This document shows positions 32,269 to 40,717 of a stretch of 64,000 nt of DNA, one piece after another. The position numbers and the translations under genes were made by a program. Positions within the stretch are counted from its first letter, which is position 1. The number at the start of each line of letters is the position of its first letter. A model generated the notes under the pieces. That model did no database searches. It was given only the letters and a program-made list of their open reading frames with translations, and was not told the origin of the DNA. This DNA comes from Minisyncoccota bacterium (GTDB lineage Bacteria > Patescibacteriota > Minisyncoccia > Phycocordibacterales > UBA9973): assembly GCA_041662205.1 (NCBI GenBank), contig JBAZSZ010000001.1, positions 17,973-81,972 of the forward strand, read 5' to 3'.

Positions 32269-34413
32269 ATGCGACTCAAGACACTTCAATTAAATGGTTT
32301 TAAATCCTTTGCGCAAAAGACTATTTTGGAGTTCAATACCCCGATTGTTTCTGTTGTGGGTCCAAATGGTTCTGGAAAATCAAATATTGTAGAGGCTATT
32401 CGTTTTGTTTTAGGCGAACAATCCATGAAATCAATGCGAGGGAAAGGAGGTTCGGATCTTGTTTTTAAGGGATCTAAAAAATTACCAAAGGGGTCACGGG
32501 CGTCCGTAACTATTTATTTCGATAATACTGATAAGGTTTTTAAACTCTTAAGTGATGGGAGAGAAGATGTAGATTTGAATTATGATGTTATCTCGATATC
32601 TCGTGAAGTTTTTTCGGATGGATTAAATAAATATATTTTAAATGGCACAGAAGTTCGCTTGAAAGATATTCATAATTTACTCGCTTCGGTCAATGTTGGT
32701 TCTTCTGGGCATCATATTATTTCTCAGGGTGAAGCTGATAGAATTTTGAATGCTAATGCGAGAGAAAAAAAGGAAATGGTAGAAGATGCGCTCGGATTAA
32801 AAATTTATCAATACAAAATAAAAGAAAGTGAGAGAAAATTAGAGCGAACAAATGAAAATATGAAAGAAGTTGTTCTCTTGCGAAGAGAAAATGCTCCACA
32901 CCTTAACTTTTTGAAGAAACAGGTGGAAAAATTTGAAAAGACCAAAGAAATGCAAATAGAATTGGCAACTCTGTATAGAGAATATTTAAAAAAAGAAAGT
33001 GTTTATTTAGAGCAAGAGAAAAATAAATTATCTCTTGAAAGAATTAGTATTTCAAGCGAGCTTGAAAGTGTAGCAAGTAAAATTTCTCAAAATGAAGATG
33101 GTAATGTTGTTCAAAATAGTCAGAAAATAGAAGAACTAAGAGTAGTGGAACAAAAGCTAAATTCTCTACGCTCTTCAAAGGGCGAGCTGGAACGTAAGCT
33201 TGGTCGTATCGAGGGAATTCTCGAATCAATAGAAAATAAGGCAAAAGTTTTTGGAATCTCTGGTAAATGCCCAATGTGTGGAAACGAAATCAAAGAAGTA
33301 TCCGAGGGGCAAAAAGAAAAAATACATAATGAAGAAAAAGAATTAACAGAATTAAAAAATTCACAGCTTAATGTTCTAGCGGAAATCCAAAAAATAACAT
33401 TAGAAGAAAAAGAAGGTATCAAATCAGCAGAAATATTAAAACAAGCGATAAATAAAGAGATGGAAGCATTACGTGATCTTGAGAGGGAAAAATTTACCTG
33501 GAAAGTTAGGCATCAAGAATTATCTTCTGCTTTGGAAATGGTCTCAATTAAAGAAACAAATTTGAGAAGCCGTAAAGAAAGTTTTGAGAATGAAATAAAA
33601 GAAGGTATTGCCTTGATTGGTAAAGAAGAATTGTCTTATGAGAATTTTAAAATTGAAGGCATCAATACAGGAACTACCCAAGAAGAACAAAAGAGAAAGA
33701 TTGAGCGTATAAAAATAAAATTAGAAGATGCCGGTCTTGGTAACGGGACAGAATTAATGAAAGAGTTTCATGAAGTGACAGAGCGAGATCAGTTTTTAAT
33801 GAAGGAAATGGAGGATTTAGAAAAAAGTATTGAGTCTTTGCAAAAACTTATTGTAGATTTAAAAGAAAAAATAGATATAGAGTTTAAAGAAGGAATTAAA
33901 AAAATAAATGTGGAATTTCAAGAATTTTTCTCTTTAATGTTCGGTGGTGGGCATGGGTCACTTTCAGTGATTGAAATAAAAAAGAGAAAAAATTATGAAT
34001 CTGAAAATGATGAAGACAGAGAAGAAGGAGAACTTGAAGAAGATGAAAGTGTCGTTGAAAAGGGAATTGAGATAAATGTTTCTTTGCCGAATAAAAAGGT
34101 AAAAGAAATCAATGCTTTCTCCGGTGGAGAAAGATCCCTCACTTCTATCGCTCTTCTTTTTGCTATGTCGCAAGTAAATCCACCACCATTTTTAGTATTA
34201 GATGAGACAGATGCAGCGCTCGATGAAGCGAATTCTCGCAAATATGGAGATATGTTGGAAAAACTTTCTAAACATTCTCAACTTATCGTCGTTACCCACA
34301 ATCGAGAGACAATGTCCCGAGCTGGAATACTCTATGGTATTACCATTGGCTCCGACGAAGCCTCCAAACTTCTCTCAGTAAAATTTGAAGAAGCAACCCA
34401 GATTGCAAAGTAA
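32269..34413 (+). CDS. SMC-family ATPase, miniaturised (714 aa) with a central CxxC zinc-hook-like motif instead of a hinge domain
   Basis: SMC N-terminus LNGFKSFAQKT...VVGPNGSGKSNIVEAIRFVLGEQS; long coiled coils; C-terminal signature FSGGERSLTSIALLFA and Walker B FLVLDETDAALD. The mid-point of the coiled coil carries GKCPMCGNE and there is no globular hinge. Confidence 0.75.
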   Translation: MRLKTLQLNGFKSFAQKTILEFNTPIVSVVGPNGSGKSNIVEAIRFVLGEQSMKSMRGKGGSDLVFKGSKKLPKGSRASVTIYFDNTDKVFKLLSDGREDVDLNYDVISISREVFSDGLNKYILNGTEVRLKDIHNLLASVNVGSSGHHIISQGEADRILNANAREKKEMVEDALGLKIYQYKIKESERKLERTNENMKEVVLLRRENAPHLNFLKKQVEKFEKTKEMQIELATLYREYLKKESVYLEQEKNKLSLERISISSELESVASKISQNEDGNVVQNSQKIEELRVVEQKLNSLRSSKGELERKLGRIEGILESIENKAKVFGISGKCPMCGNEIKEVSEGQKEKIHNEEKELTELKNSQLNVLAEIQKITLEEKEGIKSAEILKQAINKEMEALRDLEREKFTWKVRHQELSSALEMVSIKETNLRSRKESFENEIKEGIALIGKEELSYENFKIEGINTGTTQEEQKRKIERIKIKLEDAGLGNGTELMKEFHEVTERDQFLMKEMEDLEKSIESLQKLIVDLKEKIDIEFKEGIKKINVEFQEFFSLMFGGGHGSLSVIEIKKRKNYESENDEDREEGELEEDESVVEKGIEINVSLPNKKVKEINAFSGGERSLTSIALLFAMSQVNPPPFLVLDETDAALDEANSRKYGDMLEKLSKHSQLIVVTHNRETMSRAGILYGITIGSDEASKLLSVKFEEATQIAK

Positions 34414-34417
34414 TCCT

Positions 34418-34990
34418 ATGAAATTAATTCTTGGTTCATCTTCAAAATATAGAAAAAATATTCTTGAGAAAGCCGGATATGTTTTTGATGTTTTGGTTCC
34501 TGATATTGATGAAAAATTAATTCAAGTTGATGATCCATATCAAAGACCTCTGGTGGTTGCTAGGGCTAAAGCTGAAGTTTTAATTTCTCAAATAAAAGAA
34601 CCAGCTTTGCTTGTTACATCAGATGTTATCGCTGTTTGTAATGGAAAAGTGCGTGAAAAACCAGAGTCTAAAGAAGAGGCTAGAGAATTTTTGATGGAAT
34701 ACAGCAAGGGAATAGGGCCTGAAGGTGTAACTGCTATTGTGATTTATAACACAGTTACCAAAGAATATTTTGAAGGAATCGATAAAGCTCAAGTTTTTTT
34801 TAGTGAATTTCCTGAATCAGTGATTGAAGATTTTATAAAAAATGGTGATGCTCTCGGTCGGGCTGGTGGTTTTGGTGTTCAATCCCCAATACTCCGACCT
34901 TATGTGAAAAAAATTGAAGGAGATGAAGAATCCATCGTCGGTTTACCAGTTTTATTGTTAAAAAAATTACTCAAACAAGCTGGGTATTGA
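34418..34990 (+). CDS. maf: Maf-family nucleoside triphosphate pyrophosphatase
   Basis: MKLILGSSSKYRKNILEKAG start typical of Maf, with conserved Asp/Glu and Lys positions. The start is chosen at the internal Met after the SMC stop. Confidence 0.75.
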   Translation: MKLILGSSSKYRKNILEKAGYVFDVLVPDIDEKLIQVDDPYQRPLVVARAKAEVLISQIKEPALLVTSDVIAVCNGKVREKPESKEEAREFLMEYSKGIGPEGVTAIVIYNTVTKEYFEGIDKAQVFFSEFPESVIEDFIKNGDALGRAGGFGVQSPILRPYVKKIEGDEESIVGLPVLLLKKLLKQAGY

Positions 34991-35006
34991 AATTTTATAA
35001 TCTACG

Positions 35007-36923
35007 CTATAGCGTAGATATATTTTTAACTTCTTTAAATTTTATATTTTCTTCTTTACCCGCTGTTACTTTTTCTATTTGAAAGACAGAATTTTGCTGG
35101 GTTATGTTTTTCTTTGCAGTCATTGAGCCATCTTTAAATAATTTTAATTCTAAAAGCATACCCTGCATAGTTTTTTTATCTCGAGGTTGATCAAAAATAA
35201 AATTACCAAGCGAGTAGGCAATATAGCCATTGTTATAAACCTCTGTGTCCTGTGTGACGTGTGAATGCGAACCAATAACAATTTTTGCACCATTATCGAT
35301 TGCCTTATGTGCTAAAAATTCTTGTCTGGCATTGTGTTTATTTTTATATTCTTCGCCGAAATGAAAAGTGACAACTAAATAATCTACTTGTTTAGCTGCA
35401 TTTTTAATTATTTCATCAAAATTTGGATCGTTTGCTAGGAGTACTCCTGCTTTTTCAATACCGACAGACATATTATTTGGTCCCACATCAGAGAATCCAA
35501 GATAGCCAATTTTCATTCCATATTTTTCGATAATGGCTGGTGTTTCGGCTTCTGTTTTATTGTTTCCTCCACCAGTATAAAGTATTTCGTTTTCTTTCAA
35601 GCGGGCAAGTGTATCAATAAAGGCATTACGTCCCCAATCAGCGACGTGATTGTTTGCCAAGGATAAAACATTCACACCCACGCCCCTCAAGGTTGGAATA
35701 ACTACAGGATTCATTCTGAAGGAATATAAATTCTTTTGATCAATACCTTTATCCGAAGCAGTCCCTTCTAGATTGGCAAAGAAAATATCTGTGTTTTTTA
35801 ATAACTCAAGTAGATTATTTGATTTTTCAAAAAGTTGAGAATAATCATTATTGAAATTTTTTACAACTGAATTTCTTACTCCACGATCGAGCATTATATC
35901 ACCAGCAAAAGATAAGGTAACAAAATTTTGATCTCTGATGTCCGGCGTGCCAACTTTTTCTTGTACCCAATTTGTATTTGCGTCAGCCACACCACCGTAA
36001 TATATGTTTTTTTTCAAATATTTTAAAAGAGTTTCAACATCACCGCGACGATCATTGCTTTGAAGTAAAGTAATAGCGATAGGTCGAGAACCGGCCTGAC
36101 CTAAAGGCAAATTAAAAAGAGAGATGACTGTTTGTCTAGCTTCGTCTGTGTAACCACTTTTCCCCCCAATGTACCCATTTTTTTTTAGAAACTGACTAAT
36201 GTTTGACCAACTATGAGTCTTTGTGGAATAGCTGTTTTTAGTAGTTATTTTTAATAAATCCTTCTGTCGCTGTGCTATGTATCCGGCCAATTTAAACATA
36301 TCAGATACAGTTGATTGATTGTTCGGAGTTAGGCCACTTGGATCTTCATAGAAAGTGGAGTTCATCTGCAGAGCCGATGCTTCCTGATTCATTTTCAAGA
36401 TAAAACTATTTCTACCGAAATATAAAGCAAGTGCTTCTGCTGCATCGTTGCTCGATTCTAAAAGAAGGGGATACATTAGATCAGAAATTTTTATTTTTTC
36501 TCCTAATCTTAATTCTCCATTCTGGCCAGAAGTCGAGAGAGCATTTTTAGTTATTTTAGTTGTTTCGTTTGATTTTACTAATTTGCTGGTGACGAGAGCG
36601 GTCATTAGTTTGGAGGTAGAGGCAATAGGGAACTTCTGATCTTGGTTTTTTGAAAGAATTACTTCTCCAGTATTTAAATCGCCAACTAAATAAGCTTTAG
36701 CAGATACTTTCGGCCCACCTTTTGTATCGTTGTTAATATAATAATATTGGAGTTTTGCTGATTCGGGAGCAATGAGTTGAACCACTAGTGCTTCGTTGTT
36801 ATTTGTTTGGAATATTTTAAAATAGTTACTATCAAAAAAAAATGAGGTAACAAAAATACCGAGGATTACTGGTGGCATCGTCCAAAATATTAATTTAATT
36901 TTTGTTTTTAAAACAGAATTCAT
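35007..36923 (-). CDS. fusion of D-alanyl-D-alanine carboxypeptidase (PBP5/S11) with a CapA-family metallophosphoesterase domain
   Basis: N-terminal TM; SxxK PIASTSKLMTA, SxN LESSNDAAE and KSG GGKSGYT of serine DD-peptidases. The C-terminal half has the CapA/PGA_cap motifs GDIMLDRG, LANNH and VIGSHSHV. Confidence 0.75.
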   Translation of the reverse strand: MNSVLKTKIKLIFWTMPPVILGIFVTSFFFDSNYFKIFQTNNNEALVVQLIAPESAKLQYYYINNDTKGGPKVSAKAYLVGDLNTGEVILSKNQDQKFPIASTSKLMTALVTSKLVKSNETTKITKNALSTSGQNGELRLGEKIKISDLMYPLLLESSNDAAEALALYFGRNSFILKMNQEASALQMNSTFYEDPSGLTPNNQSTVSDMFKLAGYIAQRQKDLLKITTKNSYSTKTHSWSNISQFLKKNGYIGGKSGYTDEARQTVISLFNLPLGQAGSRPIAITLLQSNDRRGDVETLLKYLKKNIYYGGVADANTNWVQEKVGTPDIRDQNFVTLSFAGDIMLDRGVRNSVVKNFNNDYSQLFEKSNNLLELLKNTDIFFANLEGTASDKGIDQKNLYSFRMNPVVIPTLRGVGVNVLSLANNHVADWGRNAFIDTLARLKENEILYTGGGNNKTEAETPAIIEKYGMKIGYLGFSDVGPNNMSVGIEKAGVLLANDPNFDEIIKNAAKQVDYLVVTFHFGEEYKNKHNARQEFLAHKAIDNGAKIVIGSHSHVTQDTEVYNNGYIAYSLGNFIFDQPRDKKTMQGMLLELKLFKDGSMTAKKNITQQNSVFQIEKVTAGKEENIKFKEVKNISTL

Positions 36924-38869
36924 ATTAATGTATAGTCTATATTTTTTTTCTCTAAATCAGTTGTCTTTACTTTTATTTTAACATGGTCGCCGAGACGATA
37001 TCTTTTTTTCTTTTTTTGTCCAATTAATTCTAATTTTTTTTCATTAAAAATATAAAAATCATCTTTCATGTCTCGCACTCGTACTAGACCTTCACATTTT
37101 GTTTCTATTTCTTCAATATACATACCCCACTCCGTTATGCTACTTATCACTCCATTAAATCTGTCTCCTTTGTGCTGAGACATATATTCCACTTGTTTGT
37201 ATTTTATTGAGGCCCGTTCAGCGTCCGAAGCACGTTTTTCTTGTTCGGAAGATATTATTGCAATTTTTTCATATTCAAATAATTTCTCTCTTAATTTATC
37301 TTTTGCATTTTTTTTCTTTGCTAAGTAAATACTAAGGAGTCTATGCACCATAATATCTGGATATCTTCTTATGGGAGAAGTAAAATGCGTATAATATTCA
37401 AAAGCTAAACCATAGTGTCCGATATTTTTGGTAGAATAAATAGCTTTTGCCATAGATTTTATGACTGCCCGATGTACTGTGTCTATGATTATTTTATCTA
37501 CCTTTTTCCCCTTTAGATCTGTGAGTAATTTATTTATTTCATGAGTTGAGATTATTCCATTTTGCAATGATACTTTATGTCCTAAACTTCTTAAGAAAAA
37601 TGCTAGATCGGCCATTTTTTCTTTAGATGGTTCATCATGGATACGATAAATGGAAGTATTTTCTGAGAGAACTTTCGCTACTTTTTTATTTGCCAATAAC
37701 ATAAATTCTTCAATTAATTTATTGGAATCACCTCGTTCTTTTTTTATTACTTTTATTGGTACTCCTTTGTCATCTAAAATAAATTTAACTTCTTCTTGTT
37801 CCAGTGAGATAGCTCCTTGTTCGAATCTTTCTTTAGTTAATTTTTTTGCTAAATTATTTAAAATAGAGAGTTCTTTGTGAAGTGGAGATCCTTTGCTTTT
37901 TATTGTTTTCTCTGCTTCTTCATAAGTAAATCTTTTTTGGGAATGTATTATTGTCCTGCCAAACCATTCACTTTTTACTCTTATGTTTTTTTCTCCATTT
38001 TTATCGATTATAAATACTGCGCTCATGGTGAGTCGGTCTTTATTAGGGACTAAACTACACAAATCGTTAGAAAGAATTTCCGGAAGCATTGGTATGGTTC
38101 TATCTACTAAATAGACCGAAGTTCCTCGTTCGCGTGCTTCACCATCTAGGGCACTTCCTGTTTTTACATAATACGATACGTCTGCGATGTGTATACCTAT
38201 CTCATATACATCATTTGAGATTTCTTTGAAAGATATTGCGTCATCAAAATCTTTTGCATCTTCGGGATCGATGGTAAAAGTCAGTGTTTTTCTAAAATCA
38301 CGTCTACCTTCATAATCACTATTTTTAATTCCTCCCTGTTTTATTTTTCTTGCTTCTTCTTCTACTTTTTCCGGAAGTTCTGAATCAAAACCTTTCTCTA
38401 TAGCTATTGCATTCATTTCGGTATTATTGTCACCAGGTTTTCCTAAGATTTTTATCACTTTACCGATCGGGGCTTTTTGGGAATCTTTCCAAGAAATTAT
38501 TTCCACAAAAACTTTCTGTCCCACTTTTGCGTTATTAAAATTTTCTTTTGGAATCAAAATATCCGTATACATCTTCGTATCATCTGGCTTTAAAAAAAAT
38601 ACACTATTTTCTTGTTCTAAGACCCCAGTAAAATGCATTTTTGCGCGAGAAATTATTTTTATAACTTCAGCAGTTTGACGTTTTTGGCTTTTGGGATGAA
38701 GAAATATCTCCACCATATCTCCATGAAGTGCAGTATTTAAATGTTTAAAATCAATTTCCGGATCTTGCTCTTTGTTTTTTCCTATTCCAATAGCCACATA
38801 TCCTGTGCCTTTAGAAGATATAGAGATCACGCCTTGTAATTTATTTGTTTTACTGTTAATTTTACTCAC
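36920..38869 (-). CDS. rnr: ribonuclease R (RNB family 3'-5' exoribonuclease)
   Basis: Cold-shock/OB N-terminus, RNB catalytic domain with GHYGLAFEYYTHFTSPIRRYPDIMVHR, and a C-terminal S1 domain. Confidence 0.85.
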   Translation of the reverse strand: MSKINSKTNKLQGVISISSKGTGYVAIGIGKNKEQDPEIDFKHLNTALHGDMVEIFLHPKSQKRQTAEVIKIISRAKMHFTGVLEQENSVFFLKPDDTKMYTDILIPKENFNNAKVGQKVFVEIISWKDSQKAPIGKVIKILGKPGDNNTEMNAIAIEKGFDSELPEKVEEEARKIKQGGIKNSDYEGRRDFRKTLTFTIDPEDAKDFDDAISFKEISNDVYEIGIHIADVSYYVKTGSALDGEARERGTSVYLVDRTIPMLPEILSNDLCSLVPNKDRLTMSAVFIIDKNGEKNIRVKSEWFGRTIIHSQKRFTYEEAEKTIKSKGSPLHKELSILNNLAKKLTKERFEQGAISLEQEEVKFILDDKGVPIKVIKKERGDSNKLIEEFMLLANKKVAKVLSENTSIYRIHDEPSKEKMADLAFFLRSLGHKVSLQNGIISTHEINKLLTDLKGKKVDKIIIDTVHRAVIKSMAKAIYSTKNIGHYGLAFEYYTHFTSPIRRYPDIMVHRLLSIYLAKKKNAKDKLREKLFEYEKIAIISSEQEKRASDAERASIKYKQVEYMSQHKGDRFNGVISSITEWGMYIEEIETKCEGLVRVRDMKDDFYIFNEKKLELIGQKKKKRYRLGDHVKIKVKTTDLEKKNIDYTLI

Positions 38870-38938
38870 TATCTTACAAATATAACATAAAAAAACGTAA
38901 TATATTGCTTTTTTAAGTTTTTATGATAAGCTCTATTT

Positions 38939-39247
38939 ATGTTAAAAATAAGACTTCAGAGGATAGGTAGAAAGAATGATCCGGCGTTTCGGGCTGTTTT
39001 GACTGATTCAAAAAATAGTACCAAAAGTGGACGATTTTTAGAAATTGTCGGGACTTATAATCCAAAGGCAGGAGAAGCAGATTTTAAGGCTGATAGAATA
39101 AAATATTGGATGTCCAAAGGCGCAAAGCTTTCTAATACAATGCACAATTTTTTAGTGCATCAGAAAGTCATTGAAGGTAAGAAAGTAAACGTTTTGCCGA
39201 AAAAGAAACCAACAGTTAAAAGAAAGGAATTAAAGACTAAGAAATAA
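38939..39247 (+). CDS. rpsP: 30S ribosomal protein S16
   Basis: MLKIRLQRIGRKNDPAFRAVLTDS start typical of S16, with a Lys-rich C-terminal extension. Confidence 0.85.
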   Translation: MLKIRLQRIGRKNDPAFRAVLTDSKNSTKSGRFLEIVGTYNPKAGEADFKADRIKYWMSKGAKLSNTMHNFLVHQKVIEGKKVNVLPKKKPTVKRKELKTKK

Positions 39248-39381
39248 TTTTACCTGTCCTGTAGTAAATTTTGCAAAAATTTTACTGTGGGATATAATTA
39301 TTACAGCAGTCATTCGGTCGTATACTGCCAAGTTTAGTAAAAGGTTAGTAAAAGATTAAAAGTATAAATTTAAAAAATATT

Positions 39382-39750
39382 ATGCAAGAAGAAGCTGATA
39401 AGATATTTCTAGAATACGTAGTAAAGGCTCTAGTCGACAATCCAAACGATGTGAAGATTGAGCGTTCTTTAGATGAAATGGGAGTTTTGATAACTCTTAC
39501 TGTAAATCCTGCCGATATGGGTAAGATTATTGGAAGAATGGGTAATACAGCAAAAGCTATTCGTACCTTGCTTCGTATTATTGGTATGAAGAATAACGCC
39601 CGTGTAAATCTGAAGATCAATGAACCTGAGGGCTCCGTCAGGCCAGAGAGAACCGAGAGACCTGCAGGGTCTTTTGGAGGGTCCATGAGTTCTTCAGCTC
39701 CAGCCATGAAAACTGTCGATCAGGCTATGGAAGACTTGAAAGGAATATAA
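39382..39750 (+). CDS. KH-domain RNA-binding protein (UPF0109/YlqC-like)
   Basis: KH fold with GKIIGRMGNTAKAIRTLLRI. It lies between rpsP and trmD, as in the conserved rpsP-KH-rimM-trmD operon, although rimM is absent here. Confidence 0.75.
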   Translation: MQEEADKIFLEYVVKALVDNPNDVKIERSLDEMGVLITLTVNPADMGKIIGRMGNTAKAIRTLLRIIGMKNNARVNLKINEPEGSVRPERTERPAGSFGGSMSSSAPAMKTVDQAMEDLKGI

Positions 39751-39752
39751 AT

Positions 39753-39782
39753 AAAAAATCCCCTCATTGAGGGGATTTTTTG
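39753..39782 (+). terminator. rho-independent terminator
   Basis: AAAAAATCCCCTCATTGAGGGGATTTTTT. Confidence 0.75.
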
Positions 39783-39795
39783 ATATGATATAAAT

Positions 39796-40494
39796 ATGCG
39801 TTTTCATATAATTACAATTTTTCCTAATATTTATGATTCATATATGAATGAGTCTATTATTGGAAGAGCAATTAAAGATAAAAAAATATCTTTAAATTTT
39901 TACAATCCCAGAGATTTTATAAAAGGAAGTAAGAGCAATTACAAACCAGTAGACGGTAAACCGTATGGCGGGGGAGCTGGTATGGTTCTACAAGCAGAAC
40001 CGATCTTGAAGGCATTTTCAAATATTGAAAAGAAGACAAAGAGTAAAAAGAAAAAAGTCGTGATATTTTCAGCGAAAGGAAAACCATTCAATCAAAAGAT
40101 TGCCTATGACTGGGCAAAAAAGTATCAAGAAATCGTATTTATCACTGGCCGGTATGAAGGCATCGATGAACGAGTTAGAATAGCACTCAAGGCTGAGGAA
40201 ATTTCTATTGGTCCGTATGTGTTGACCGATGGAGACGTGGCGGCGATGGTCGTCTCTTCGGCAGTGGTCAGACTTTTACCCGGTGTGATTCGTTTAGAAT
40301 CTTTAAAAGAAGAATCCCACTGGAATTTATTGTTAAAGAAAGAAAAGCAAGGTGAATTAGGGGAGAGCGGTTTAGAATATCCGCACTACACTCGTCCAGA
40401 AATTTTAAAATATAAGGGTAAAAATTATAAAGTCCCGAAAGTTTTGCTTTCCGGAAATCATAAAAAAATAGAAGAGTGGAGGAAAAATTCATAA
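39796..40494 (+). CDS. trmD: tRNA (guanine37-N1)-methyltransferase TrmD
   Basis: MRFHIITIFPNIYDSYMNESIIGRA start of the SPOUT fold, plus GRYEGIDERV. Confidence 0.85.
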   Translation: MRFHIITIFPNIYDSYMNESIIGRAIKDKKISLNFYNPRDFIKGSKSNYKPVDGKPYGGGAGMVLQAEPILKAFSNIEKKTKSKKKKVVIFSAKGKPFNQKIAYDWAKKYQEIVFITGRYEGIDERVRIALKAEEISIGPYVLTDGDVAAMVVSSAVVRLLPGVIRLESLKEESHWNLLLKKEKQGELGESGLEYPHYTRPEILKYKGKNYKVPKVLLSGNHKKIEEWRKNS

Positions 40495-40717
40495 TCCACA
40501 ATCAGAATTTGACAAAAAAGGTAAAATGGAGTAGGGTGTTTAGGATTCATTGATTGAGTATCGGATGCAATCTTATTGTTTAATTATAAGGTTTTTAACT
40601 TAATCATATCTAAATAAATCTAAATAAATCTTGAGAAGCTAAAGAAAAGCATTTTTCATCTGTTTTTCTTTGATTTTTCTTCGATTTCTTTTTCTTTGTT
40701 TAGGTCACAAGCTAACT

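Noticed and set aside
40607-40629. Tandem repeat atctaaataa x2.3 upstream of rpoB
   Set aside because: Too short and too few units to be a CRISPR or VNTR feature of note. Probably low-complexity AT-rich promoter DNA.
40495-40717. Candidate promoter for rpoBC (TTGACA at about 40523)
   Set aside because: No convincing -10 element at the right spacing could be identified by eye.
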